Assembly: GCF_004010195.1 (NCBI RefSeq)
Contig: NC_057753.1
Coordinates: 11,444,241 to 11,487,801 of the forward strand
Source: Chiloscyllium plagiosum
Taxonomy: Eukaryota
DNA: 43,561 nt
Direction of reading: 5' to 3'
Below the pieces are notes generated by a model. That model searched no databases and was not told where the DNA came from. It saw only the letters and a list, made by a program, of their open reading frames with translations. Positions 1 to 11,422 of this stretch are shown here, piece after piece. The position numbers and the translations under genes were made by a program. Each line of letters begins with the position of its first letter. The first letter of the stretch is position 1.

Positions 1-117
1 TATGAATAGGAAGGGTTTGGAGGGATATGGGCCGGGTGCTGGACTAGATTGGGTTGAATATCTGGTCAGCATGGACAGGTTGGGCTGAAGAGCCTGTTTC
101 CGTGCTGTACGTCTCTA

Positions 118-1195
118 TTATAAGGTGCCACCCAAGAGGCTGCTGCATAGGATAAGGATGCATGGGGTTATGAGTAAAGTATTAGCATGGATAGTGGATT
201 GGTTGACTGTCAGGAAGCAGAGTGGGGATAAATGAGTGCTATTCTGGCTGGCATTCTGTGACTAATGGTGTGCCTCAGGGATCGGTGTTGGGACCACAAT
301 TATTTACAACTTATATCGATGATTTGGAGTTGGGAAGCATGTGTACGGTGTCAAAGTTTGCTGATGACACTAAGATGAGTGTCAGGGCAAAGTGTGCAGA
401 GAACTGTGAAACTGTGCAGAGGATCGTAGATACATTGGGTGAGTGGGCAAAGGTCTGGTGGATGGAATACAATGTTACCAAATGTGGAGTCATCCATTTT
501 GGCTGGGGTAACAGTAAAATAGCTTGTTACATGAATGGTAAGAAGTTGCAGCATGCTGCTGCTGTGCAGAGGGACCTGGGTGTCCTTGTGCATGAATCGC
601 AGAAAGTTGGTCTGCAGGTACAACAAGTAATTCGGGAGGCAAATGGCATGTTGTCCTTCATTGCTAAAGGGGTTGAGTTTCAAAGCAGAGAGGTAATGTT
701 ACAGCTGTATAAGGTGCTGGTGAGGCCACACCTGGAGTACTGTGCGGTTTTGCTCTCCTGAGGATGTACTGGCACTGGAGGGAGTGCAGAGGAGGTTCAC
801 TAGGTTGGTTCCGGAGGTGAGGAGATTGACTTATGAGGGGAGTCTGAGTAGACTGGGATTACATTCATTGGAAGTTAGAAAAATGAGGAGGGATCTTATA
901 GAAACATATAAAATTATGAAGGGAATTGATAAGATGGAAGTAGAGAGGATGTTCCCACTGGTGGGTGAGACTAGGACAAGAGCGCGTGGCCTCAAGATTA
1001 GAGGGAGCAGGTTTAGGACTGAACTGAGAAGGAACTTCTTCACCCAGAGGATTATATATCTGTGGAATTCCAGGGAAGTAGTTGACGCTACTTCAGTAAT
1101 CGCTTTTCAAGCTAAGATCGATTTCTTTTTTCTGAACAGTAAAGGAATGAGGGGTAAGGGTGAGCCAGCGGGTAAGTGGAGCTGAGTCCATGAAA
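118..1195 (+). mobile_element. CR1-clade LINE ORF2 (RT C-terminal half to 3' end), degenerate; preceded by another CR1 3' tail at 1-117
   Basis: ORFs 222-761 and 742-1185 contain GVPQGSVLGP, FADDTK, LVRPHLEYC and RRNFFTQR motifs typical of CR1 RT. Confidence 0.9.
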
Positions 1196-1199
1196 GGAT

Positions 1200-1294
1200 T
1201 AGAGCTGAAAAATGTGTTGCTGGAAAAGCGCAGCAGGTCAGGCAGCATCCAAGGAGCAGGAGAATCGACGTTTCGGGCATAAGCCCTTCAGGAA
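1200..1294 (-). mobile_element. Short Penelope-like (PLE) non-autonomous element, family A, with degenerate hammerhead core
   Basis: Reverse complement CCTGAAGGGCTTATGCCCGAAACGTCGATT; same body as copies at 20520, 26812, 28047. Confidence 0.75.
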
Positions 1295-1297
1295 GAG

Positions 1298-2302
1298 CGT
1301 GCAGGTCCATTGTACCCTGAAGTTGCTGCACAGGTGGATAGAGTGGTCAAGAAGGCATATAGTATGCTTGCCTTGGATGGGGTATTGAGTATAAGAGCTG
1401 GCAAGTCATGTTAAAATTGTACAAGACATTGTTTCGGCCGCATTTAGAATACTGTGTATAGTTCTGGTCGCCACATTGTGGGCGGCATGGTGGCACAGTG
1501 GTTAGCACTGCTGCCTCACAGTGCCTGAGACCCGGGTTCAATTCCTGCCTCAGGCAACTGACTGTGTGGAGTTTGCACGTTCTCCCCGTGTCTGCGTGGG
1601 TTTCCTCCGGGTGCTCCGGTTTCCTCCCACAGTCCAAAGATATGCAGGTCAGGTGAATTGGCCATGCTAAATTGCCCGTAGTGTTAGGTGAAGGGGTAAA
1701 TGTAGGGGTCTGGGTGAGTTGCGCTTCGGCGGGTCGGTGTGGACTTGTTGGGCTGAAGGGCCTGTTTCCACACTGTAATGTAATCTAATCATTACCAAAA
1801 GGAGGTGGACACTTTGGAGTGGGTGCAGAGAAGGTTTACAAGGATGTTGCCTGGTATGGAAGGTGCGAGCTATGAAGAAAGGTTGAGTCGGTTCGGTTTG
1901 TTTTCATTAGAAAAATGAAGATGTGGGGAGACCTGATTGAGGTTTACAAAATCAAGAAGGGTATAGACAGGGTGGATAGAGACAAGCTTTTTCCCAGAGT
2001 GAAGGATTCAATAATGAGAGGTGTCACTTTCAAGGTGAGAGGTGGAATGTTTAAGGGGGATACACGCGGCAAGTACTTCACACAGAGGGTAGTGGGCATC
2101 TGGAGCGCGTTGCCAGCACGTGTGGTAGAGGCAGGCACGGTAGATTGATTTAGGATGCGTCTGGACAGATGCATGAGTCGGTGGGGAGCAGAGGGATACA
2201 TATGTTTAGGAATTGGGCGACAGGTTTAGACAGTACATTTGGATCGGCTCAGGCTTGGAGGGCCGAAGGGCCTGTTCCTGGGCTGTTAAATTTTCTTTGT
2301 TC
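1298..2302 (+). mobile_element. CR1 LINE 3' fragment interrupted by a SINE
   Basis: GDLIEVYKI...YFTQRVV translation; 3' tail GGCCGAAGGGCCTGTT. Confidence 0.85.
1479..1790 (+). mobile_element. tRNA-derived V-SINE (HE1-like), full length
   Basis: A box TGGCACAGTGG, B box GGTTCAATTCC, central TGTGTGGAGTTTGCAC domain, LINE-shared tail and TAATC repeats. Confidence 0.9.
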
Positions 2303-4258
2303 TTAAAGGGACAGCTGGAAAATGAGAAGCCTTCAAAATGAGAGAACATGAGTCCAGATACAGAATATTCCTGACGGGGAAAAAGGAAAGGTTGGTAGGT
2401 GTAGGGAATGCTGGGTGACCAGAGAAATTGAGATTTTGGTTAAGAAAAAGAAGGAAGCATATGTCCGGTATCGACAGGAGAAACAGAAAGGCAGGAGGAG
2501 TCTACTTAAGAGGGAAATCAGGAGGGCAAAAAGGAGACATGAGATTGCTTTGGCAATTAGAGTTAAGGAGAATCCAAAGGGCTTTTGTAAATATATTAAG
2601 CTATACAAAAAGGTAACTAAGGAGAGAATAGGTCCACTCAAAGGTCAGCAAGGCAGCTTATGTGTGGAGCTGCAGGAGATGGGGGAGTTACCAATTGAGT
2701 ATTTTGCATCAGTATTTACTGTGGAGAAGGACGTGGAAGATATAGAATGTAGGGATATAGATGGTGACATCTTGAAAAATGTCCAGATTACAGAGGAGGA
2801 AGTGATGGATGTCTTGACATGCATAAAGGTGGATAAATTCCCAGGACCTGATCAGGTGTACCCTAGAACTCTGTGGGAAGCTAGAGAAGTGATTGCTGGG
2901 CCTCTTGCTGAGATATTTGTATCATCGATAGTCACAGGTGAGGTGCCGGAAGACTGGAGGTTGGCTAACGTGGTGCCACTGTTTAAGAAAGGTGGTAAAG
3001 ACAAGCCAGGGAACTACAGACCAGTGAGCCTGACCTCGGTGGTGGGCAAGTTGTTGGAGGGAATCCTGAGGAACAGGATGTACATGTATTTGGAACGGCA
3101 AGGACTGATTCGGGATAGAAATCATGTCTCACAAACTGGATTGAGTTTTTTGAGGAAGTAACAAAGAGGATTGATGAGGGCAGAGCAGTGGACCTTATCA
3201 ATGTAGACTTCAGTAAGGCATTTGACAAGGTTCCCCATGGGAGACTGATCAGCAAGGTTAGATCTCATGGAATACAGGGAGAACTAGCCATTTGGATTCA
3301 GAACTGGTTCAAAGGTAGAAGACAGAGGGTGGTGGTGGAGGGCTGATTTTCAGACTGGAGGCCTGTGACCAGTGGAGTGCCACAAGGATCGGTGCTGGGT
3401 CCACTACTTTTCAGCATTTAAATAAATGATTTGGATTTGAACATAAGAGGTATAGTTAGTAAGTTTACAGATGACACCAAAATTGGAGGTTAGTGGACAG
3501 CGAAGAGGGTTACCTCAGAATATAACGGGGTCGTGATCAGATGGACCAGTACACTGAGGAGTGTCAGATGGAGTTTAATTCAGATAAATGTGAGGTGCTG
3601 TATTTTGGGAAAGCAAATCTTAGCAGGACTTCTACACTTAATGGTAAGGTCCTAGGGAGTGTTGCTGAACAAAGAGACCTTGGAGTACAGGAGTTGTGAG
3701 GTCATGTTGCGGCTGTACAGGACATTGGTAGGGCCACTTTTTTGGAATATTGCGTGCAATTCTGGTCTCCTTCCTATTGGAAAGATGTTGTGAAACTTGA
3801 AAGGGTTCAGAAAAGATTTACAAGGATGTTGCCAGGGTTGGAGGATTTGAGCTATAGGGGGAGGTTGAACAGGCTGGGGCTGTTTTTTCCCTGGCGCATC
3901 GGAGGCTGAGGGGTGAATTTATAGAGGTTTACAAAATCATGAGGGGCATGGATAGGATAAATAGACAGGGTCTTTTCCCTGGGGTCGGGGAGTCCGGAAC
4001 TAGAGGGGCATAGGTTTAGGGTGAGAGGGTAAAGATATAAAAGGGACCTAAGGGGCAACTTTTTCATGCAGAGGTTGGAGCATGTGGTGGAGGCTGGTAA
4101 AACTACAGCATTTAAAGGCATCTGGATGGGTATGTGAATAGGAAGGGTTTAGAGGGACATGGGCCAAGTGCTGGAAAATGGGACTAGATTAGGTTGGGAT
4201 AACTGGGTTGGCATGGGCGAGTTGGACCGAAGGCTCTGTTTCTGTGTTCTATGACTCT
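2303..4258 (+). mobile_element. CR1 LINE ORF2 (tether + RT) to 3' UTR, frameshifted
   Basis: PEDWRLANVVPLFKKG, PGNYRPVSLTS, DFSKAFDKV, GVPQGSVLGP, FTDDTK motifs. Confidence 0.92.
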
Positions 4259-4315
4259 TCTTCAGGACTCTGACATTGTTCGTGAAAACCACTTCAGTAA
4301 TCTGCCCAGTTTTAA

Positions 4316-5299
4316 GACCATAATACGCAGGAGCAGAATGAGGCCATTTGGCCCATTGAGTCGTCTGCACCGGTTTCTCGACCCCATTCTGCTGCCTTCT
4401 CCTTGTAACCCTTGATCCCCTTACTAATCAAGAACCTATCTATCTCTGCCTTAAATTCCCTCAATGGCTTGGCCTCCACAACCCTCTGCAGCAGTGAGAT
4501 CCACAGATTCACCAAAATCTGGCTGAAGAAATTCCTTCTCATCTCAGTCCTAAAGGGCATTCCTTCACCTTGAGCCTGTGTTCTCGGGTCCTAGTCTCTC
4601 ATTGTAGTGGAACCATCTTCTCCACATCAACTCTATCCAGTCATAGAGTCTCACAGCACGGAAACAGACCCTTCTGTCCAACCATGTCGACCATAATCCC
4701 GAACTAAACTAGTCCCACCTGCTTGTGGTTGGCCCAATATCCCTCTAAATATTTATTATTCATGTACTTATTCACATGTCTTTTAAACGTCATGACTGCA
4801 CCCACATCCACCACTTCCTCTGGAGGTTCATTCCAAAACGAACCACTCTCTCTGTAAAAACGTTGCCCCTTGTTTTGTTTTTAAATCTTTCTGTTCTCAC
4901 TGAGCTCAGTGGTCAGCGCTGCTGCCTCACAGCACCAGGGTCCTGGGTTTGATTCCCACTTGTCTGTGCAGAGTTTGCACATTCTCCCCGTGTCTGCGCG
5001 GGTTTCCTCCAGTTGCTCCGGTTTCCTCCCACAGTCCGAAGTTGTGCAGTTTAGGTGAATTGGCCATGCTAAATTGCCCGTAGTGTTAGGTGCGTTAGTC
5101 AGGGGTAAATATAAGGTAGGGGAATGGGTTTGGGTGGGTTTCTCTTCGGAGGGGCGGTATGGACTTGTTGGGCCGAAGGGCCTGTTTCCACACTGTAGAG
5201 AGAGAATCTAATGTCCGCTAGTCTTGAAATCCGTCAGCTCGGGGAAAAGACCCCTGCCCATTCACCTTATCAATACCCCGCATGACTTTATAAATCTCT
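4316..5299 (-). mobile_element. Two CR1 3' fragments on the minus strand with a plus-strand V-SINE (~4900-5212) inserted
   Basis: ORF 4312-4560 FRTEMRRNFFSQ; CR1 tail reverse complements; SINE consensus. Confidence 0.8.
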
Positions 5300-5426
5300 G
5301 TGATGAAGAGTCATCTGGACTCGAAACGTTAGCTTGCCCTCTCTGCGGGGACGCTGCCTGACCCACTGTGATCTCCAGCATTTGTTGTTTTTGGGACAGA
5401 TTCCAGCATCTGCAGCAATGTGCTCC
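5300..5426 (+). mobile_element. PLE-like short element with hammerhead-like core
   Basis: GTGATGA-A-GAGTC-ATCTG-GACTC-GAAA-CG-TT (first core C replaced by G), followed by CCAGCATCTGCAG body. Confidence 0.7.
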
Positions 5427-6519
5427 TAAATTTTGTACCCAGTTGGCTAGCTCTCCCTGGACCCTGTGAGATTTAACTTTACTCAACAACCTACTGTGCA
5501 ATACAGTTAATAAAGTTCCCATCCTGCACCACTTTCAGCACATGTAGGCAGCACAGACGCTGAGTGGCTAGGACTGCTCCCTCTTGGCGCCAGGGACCCA
5601 GGTTCACTTCCAGCCTCAGGGTGACTGTCTGTCTGTGTGGAGTTTGCAAAGTCTCTCNNNNNNNNNNNNNNNNNNNNNNNNNNNNNNNNNNNNNNNNNNN
5701 NNNNNNNNNNNNNNNNNNNNNNNNNNNNNNNNNNNNNNNNNNNNNNNNNNNNNNNNNNNNNNNNNNNNNNNNNNNNNNNNNNNNNNNNNNNNNNNNNNNN
5801 NNNNNNNNNNNNNNNNNNNNNNNNNNNNNNNNNNNNNNNNNNNNNNNNNNNNNNNNNNNNNNNNNNNNNNNNNNNNNNNNNNNNNNNNNNNNNNNNNNNN
5901 NNNNNNNNNNNNNNNNNNNNNNNNNNNNNNNNNNNNNNNNNNNNNNNNNNNNNNNNNNNNNNNNNNNNNNNNNNNNNNNNNNNNNNNNNNNNNNNNNNNN
6001 NNNNNNNNNNNNNNNNNNNNNNNNNNNNNNNNNNNNNNNNNNNNNNNNNNNNNNNNNNNNNNNNNNNNNNNNNNNNNNNNNNNNNNNNNNNNNNNNNNNN
6101 NNNNNNNNNNNNNNNNNNNNNNNNNNNNNNNNNNNNNNNNNNNNNNNNNNNNNNNNNNNNNNNNNNNNNNNNNNNNNNNNNNNNNNNNNNNNNNNNNNNN
6201 GGGTGCTGGCAAGTGGGACTCGATTGGGTTGGGATATCTGGGTCAGCATGGATGGGTTGGACCGAAGGGTCTGTTTCCATGCTGTACATCTCTATGACTC
6301 TGTGTGTAGGTGAGGGTGAATTGGCCATGCTAAATTGTCCCATAGGGTCCAGGAATGTGCAGGTTATGTGCATTAGTCAGGGGTAAATGTATTGCAATAG
6401 GGGAGGGGAATAATGCGTCTGGGTGGGTTACCCTTCGGTGTGGACTCGTTGGGCCGAGCGGCCTGCTTCCACACTGTCGGGATTCTGTGAAGGAAAGGGA
6501 TTTTTGTAACCTCTGCTGT

Positions 6520-6831
6520 TAAAGGACAGCGCAGGCGCAGTGCGGGCGGCCCGGCCGGCCGGCTGTCCGGAGCAGGCGCAGTGTGGGCCGGCCGGCCGGC
6601 TGTCCGGAGCAGGCGCAGTGCGGGGGCCAGCTGTCGCCTTCACCCCGCCCTCTTTCCCGATTCAGTCGCCCCATTGTTGACGTCACAACGCGGAAGTGGC
6701 CCTGTCAGTTTCAGAGAGAGACTCCCTCCCTCTGGGCAACTCCTCATCCTGGGGGAGAGGGGGGAACCTGTTCACTGGTAGCAACTGGAGTGAATCCAGG
6801 GAGGGAGCAGACTCTACAAACTTGGGTATGT
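6520..6831 (+). promoter_or_regulatory. CpG-rich promoter and probable non-coding first exon of the zinc-finger gene
   Basis: NRF1-like motifs, CRE TGACGTCA (6677-6684), ETS CGGAAGTG (6690-6697), candidate donor GTATGT at 6826. Confidence 0.7.
6529..6635 (+). repeat. GC-rich tandem repeat (41/37/27-bp units) with NRF1-like GCAGGCGCA motifs
   Basis: GCAGGCGCAGTG starts at 6531, 6572 and 6609, each followed by a GC-rich spacer ending in GCTGTC. Confidence 0.85.
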
Positions 6832-7179
6832 GTCTTAATTACCTGGGTAGGGAGGGACAGAAGGTTAGAGATTGTGAGGGGGAGGGGGAGATGTATTTTC
6901 TGTTCTTATTTTTTAAATGCACCCTATTCCCATAAATGCAACAGGTACAAGTACAGAACATGCAACATTCCTCATTGCAGCTTCAAGCCGGCTGCAACGG
7001 TTTTGCATCCTCTGTTCTTCCTCCGCCTTGGCTCCAGCACATTCAGCTTCCTTGCCCCATCCCCACCCCCCAACCCCGAGGCATTGATGCTTCCAAGCTG
7101 ACTCTCAAAAGTTCACTTTGTCCCTCCATTGTTTCCCGGTTGTCTTTAGTGGGTTTTGAAAACTTTCCCAATCCTCTGA

Positions 7180-8547
7180 TAGTTGGGAGGTTATGTTGTG
7201 GCTGTACAGGACATTGGTTAGGCCACTTTTGGAATATTGTGTGCAATTCTAGTCTCCTTCCTGTCAGAAGGATGTTGTGAAATTTGAAAGGGTTCAGAAA
7301 AGATTTACAAGGATGTTGCCAGGGTTGGAGGGTCTGAACTGAATAGTCTTGGGCTGTTTTCCCTCGCATGCCGGAGGCTCTGGCATTACTTTATCGACAT
7401 TTATAAAATCGTGAATGGCATGGATAGGGTAGATAACGTATTGAGGAATCAACGGTTAAAAGTTTTTATTGTAATAATGATTTACCATAAAGTTTGAATT
7501 AAGTGTCTGTATTCGTGGCAGGCTGAAGGTCACAGTAACTGTATGCATGATGAAGATTGCAGGTGTTCTTGCCTAACCTTGGAGCTGTTCCTGTCAAATT
7601 CCTATCCTTGGATCAAGCTGTTTTCTTTCATATAATGAAACATTGTTAACCGCACTGCTTATGTGCTTATGACTAATGTGAACAGTACAGGATAAGGTAA
7701 CATTTCGCCTTGCGTGCAATTCTGGTCTCCTTCCTTTCGGAAGAATGTTGCGAAACTTGAAAGGATTCAGAAAAGATTTACAAGGATGTTGCCAGGGTTG
7801 GAGGGTTTGAGCTATAGGGCAAGGCTGAACAGACTGGGGCTGTTTTCCCTGGAGCGTCGGAGGCTGAGGGGTGACCTTTATATAGAGATTTACAAAATTA
7901 TAAGCGGCATGGATAGGATAAATAGGCGAAGTCTTTTCCCTGGGGTGGGGGAGTCCAGAACTAGAGGGCATAGGTTTAGGGTGAGAGGGGAAAGATATAA
8001 AAGAGACCTAAGGGGCAACGTTCTCACACAGGGTGGTACAGGTATGGAATGAGCTGCCAGAGGATGTGGTGGAGGCTGATACAATTATGACATTTAAAAG
8101 GCATCTGTTTGGGTATATGAATAGAGGGATATGGGCTAGATTAGATTAGATTAGATTAGATTACTTAGTGTGGAAACAGGCCCTTCGGCCCAACAAGTCC
8201 ACACCGCCCCGCCGAAGCGCAATCCACCCATACCCATACATTTACCCCTTACCTAACCCTACGGGTAATTTAGCATGGCCAATTCACCTGACCTGCACAT
8301 CTTTGTGACTGTGGGAGGAAACTGGAGCACCCGGAGGAAACCCACGCAGACACGGGGAGAACGTGCAAACTCCACACTCAGTCGCCTGAGGCGGGAATTG
8401 AACCCGGGTCTCTGGCGCTGCGAGGCAGCAGTGCTAACCACTGTGCCGCCCAGCTGGTGCTGGCAAACGGGACTCGATTAGGTAGGATATCTGGTCGGCA
8501 CAGATGAGTTGGACCAAAGGGTCTGTTTCTGTGCTGTACATCTCTAT
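7180..8547 (+). mobile_element. Two CR1 3' fragments (7180-7436, 7712-8547); the second contains a minus-strand V-SINE at 8137-8451
   Basis: QFWSPSFRKNVAKLERIQKRFTRMLPGL...GLFSLERRRLRGDL; SINE reverse complement. Confidence 0.85.
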
Positions 8548-9065
8548 ATGGCTGTGGCTTGCCAGTAACGTTTGCCACATCTGTGTGTTCAGTTTCTCTC
8601 TGGTGTTGGTATCAATGCCTTGATGTCTCATTTCCCCCACCCCCCGGGGCACTAACGTTTCGTGACTGGTTGGTTGTTTCTCAAGAGGCTGCAGGTTCAC
8701 CCTGAATTTACACTTTGTTTTTGCCTTCCAAAATCAGACCTGCTCACTCTCCACAGTATCCCAGTGTTGGGAAAGATATTAACTTCCAGGTGGAGTAATC
8801 CAAAACTCAAAGAGATGTCAGTCTTGACGTTTTTGCTCTTCTGCCCCATAAGATTCTGAATCAGCACCTGCAGGAGAATGAGTTAGAGGTGTGTGTGTGC
8901 GCGCGCGTGTGTGGTGCTTTCAAATTTTGTGAAATAACAAAGGAAAAGAATGTTCTGCAGAAAATAGAATTGTTCTGAATTTCTACCCTGGACTGACAGA
9001 GATGACTTTTGTAATCTCTTTTTACAGAGTATTTGAAGATCTGAAGACGGAAGTTCCAAAATAAA

Positions 9066-9172
9066 CAGATGAAGGGCTTAGGCCCGAAACATCGACTCTC
9101 CTGCTCCTCGGATGCTGTCTGAGCCACTGTGCTTTTCCAGTGCCGGATGCTCCATCTGCAGTCCTCGCTTTC
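9066..9172 (+). mobile_element. PLE family A element with mutated hammerhead, in the predicted 5' UTR of the zinc-finger gene
   Basis: CAGATGA-A-GGGC-TTAG-GCCC-GAAA-CA-TC; lies downstream of acceptor TTTTTACAG (9027). Confidence 0.7.
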
Positions 9173-9404
9173 ACGTCAATGACAGTCACTCGATCCATTG
9201 GGACCGCAACAATTTTCAGCTATGAGTCTGTGAGAAGGAGCAAAGCTCTTTGGTTCCTGTTTCGGTCAATTTTCAGCATCAGGGAGACTGGATGAGACGC
9301 CGTACTGTTAGAGCGCACTGAGTGTGGAGCCTGAAACAGTTATACGGCCTGGGAAGAACGAGGAGGGGCTGCACACACGTTTGTGTGCAGCTGAAGCTTC
9401 AGCC

Positions 9405-10070
9405 ATGGAGAAACCCGAGGAATCCCACCCCGTGGAGAAACCGTGGAAGTGCGGTGACTGCGGGAAAGGCTTTTCTTTCCCATCTCTCCTGGAGACTCAT
9501 CGGCGCAGTCACACAGGGGAGAGGCCGTTCTCCTGCCCCGAGTGCGGGAAGGGCTTTACCCGCTCCTTCCACCTGCTGAGACACCGGCCGGTCCACACCG
9601 GGGAGAGGCCCTTCAGCTGCCCTGAGTGCGGGAAGGGCTTTACCCGCTCCTCCACCCTGCTGGCCCACCAGCAGGTCCACGCTGGCGAGGGGCACTTCAT
9701 CTGCTCTGAGTGCGGGAAGGGCTTTACCTGTTCCTCCATCCTGCTGGCCCACCGGCGGGTCCACACGGGAGAGAGCCCTTTCAGCTGCCCCGAATGCGGG
9801 AAGGGCTTCAACCGCTTCTCCCACCTCCAGACCCACCGGCGGGTCCACACCGGAGAGAGACCCTTCATTTGTCCCGAGTGCGGCAAGTCCTTCAGCCATT
9901 CCTCCACCCTGATGACCCACCAGCTGGTCCACACCGGGGAGAGGCCGTTCGCCTGCCCCGAGTGCGGCCGGAGGTTCATGTTGTCCTGCAATTTGCGGAG
10001 GCACCAGCGGGGGCACCAGCGCTCCCAACAATCGGATTCTGACGCTGCTGTGGGTCACCCCCAGGACTGA
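9405..10070 (+). CDS. C2H2 zinc-finger protein, 7 tandem fingers, 221 aa, no KRAB/SCAN/BTB visible
   Basis: Kozak GCCATGG; seven CxxC-x12-HxxxH fingers with TGERP-type linkers; uninterrupted ORF; upstream acceptor at 9026-9027. Confidence 0.92.
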   Translation: MEKPEESHPVEKPWKCGDCGKGFSFPSLLETHRRSHTGERPFSCPECGKGFTRSFHLLRHRPVHTGERPFSCPECGKGFTRSSTLLAHQQVHAGEGHFICSECGKGFTCSSILLAHRRVHTGESPFSCPECGKGFNRFSHLQTHRRVHTGERPFICPECGKSFSHSSTLMTHQLVHTGERPFACPECGRRFMLSCNLRRHQRGHQRSQQSDSDAAVGHPQD

Positions 10071-10199
10071 ACCTCCTGCCCGTTCTGGCAGTGGGTGTGG
10101 TGGGAGAGTCAGTGGGCTTTTATTTTTGCTTTCTGCTGGTCTGTCTCCATCCCCCACAGCAGCTCAGGAACGACACGGTGTGTGGAAGCTGTTCTTTGT

Positions 10200-10590
10200 C
10201 AGCTGACGGTTTTTGCAAACGTAGCTCTTAACTGAAACTGCAGGGTCTCAGGCAGGAAGCAGAATATAGGTCCAGCTAACTTGCTGTTTTTCTGCACATC
10301 AAAACCATAAGGCCTCCTGAGCTCAAACTGTGCATAGTCTGTGTGATGTAGGCTGTGTCATATGGTTATCCTGTGGTTTGTAAGTAACTCTCAATGTGTA
10401 CAATGTAAGTCCGTAGTGACCTGTACTGCTTTGGAGAAAGCACTGGATCATTCTTGAGGAGGTCTCTGTCTCTGTCTCTGTCTCTGTCTCTGTCTCTGTC
10501 TCTGTCTCTGTCTCCACCCCCCCCCCCATGATATCATGTTAATAAAATTTGTCAGTGCTCAAGGTCTGATTCCGGGGAATTTCTTCAACA
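10200..10590 (+). mobile_element. ERV LTR 3' part (start approximate)
   Basis: AATAAA 10541-10546, end TTCTTCAACA followed by a PBS; similar to LTR pieces at 33271-33402 and 34586-35291. Confidence 0.75.
10463..10527. repeat. (TCTCTG)n hexamer microsatellite plus poly-C tract
   Basis: Directly visible; explains the ETETET ORF. Confidence 0.95.
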
Positions 10591-10593
10591 ATT

Positions 10594-10611
10594 TGGAGTA
10601 GTCGGCAGGAT
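10594..10611 (+). promoter_or_regulatory. Retroviral primer-binding site, tRNA-Ser
   Basis: TGGAGTAGTCGGCAGGAT matches 17/18 the complement of the vertebrate tRNA-Ser(AGA) 3' end (TGGCGTAGTCGGCAGGAT); 3 nt after the LTR CA. Confidence 0.88.
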
Positions 10612-11167
10612 CCCTTCTTTACAGGGTCCTCAACAAACCTAAAATTATAAAAGATCCTGTCCTGAGTCAACAGGCTGATCCCAAGGTGGGGAAAGATGCT
10701 GAGACAAGAGGGAGGACTGTTTCTCCACCGATTATAAATCCGCATTTTAGAACGAAAGAAAAACACTATGTGGTCTGTGACTTCTAAAACAGGCCGTACC
10801 CGGAGACACTGAAAACTTATCCCGCTGAGAAGGACGGCCCCCGTCCATTTCTCCTCTTGGAGAAAACACAAGCGCGCAGGAACGCCACAGTAAACACGTT
10901 CGATGCAAAAAAAATAGGGGATTGAAGCTCCTCTGAAATAGAGGTTCAAGGCCCTTCAGGGAAATAGGACATTTTGGTAAATCCTTGGTGAACTGGGCAA
11001 CTTGATAAATCATACAAATTTGAAGGACATTCAGTTTGAATGATTGCACGATTGTGTGGTTGGGTGTGTTTGAGTGCAGTTGGGTGGGTGTGCGGTTCGG
11101 TGGGTGAGTGTGTGACAGCTCCCAAAAGAATGGGCAACGATATCTGTCATGAGGCGCACCCTCAGCA

Positions 11168-11422
11168 GGGAACACGTTGACTGCACTTGACAGTCCATTA
11201 TGGGTCTGGTTCCAAAACAAAAACTTTGTCAACCAATGGGTGAAATGGACGCAAAGAACTGAGAAGCCATTTCCGCCTGATGGCACATTTAATTGCGATT
11301 ACAGAACACAGTTGGCAGATATTTTGAGAAAATCAAAAAGGAGACAGAGTAAGACACCAGCATTTAGTATTGCGTTGATTGAACTCACTGTTAACTCGTG
11401 GTCTGTTTTGAATGTAACTTAG
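11168..11422 (+). pseudogene. gag: ERV gag matrix remnant
   Basis: GNTLTALDSPL...WVKWT...FPPDGTFN resembles the gamma/epsilon-retroviral MA motif WPxxGTF; ~570 bp after the PBS. Confidence 0.7.

Noticed and set aside
1479..1555. tRNA-like heads of the many SINE copies as tRNA genes
   Set aside because: Each continues into the SINE body and LINE-type tail
5491..6386. Long ORFs of 198-288 aa
   Set aside because: Artefacts of the N gap at 5658-6200
9324..9404. N-terminal extension given by the ORF track
   Set aside because: Begins at GTG; the first ATG in strong Kozak context is 9405, although a spliced upstream start cannot be excluded
9399..10157. Antisense and alternate-frame ORFs over the zinc-finger exon
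   Set aside because: Shadow ORFs expected from GC-rich repetitive finger codons
10539..11286. Minus-strand ORFs of 136 and 179 aa
   Set aside because: Antisense to ERV LTR/leader/gag, with non-ATG or weak starts and no recognisable domain
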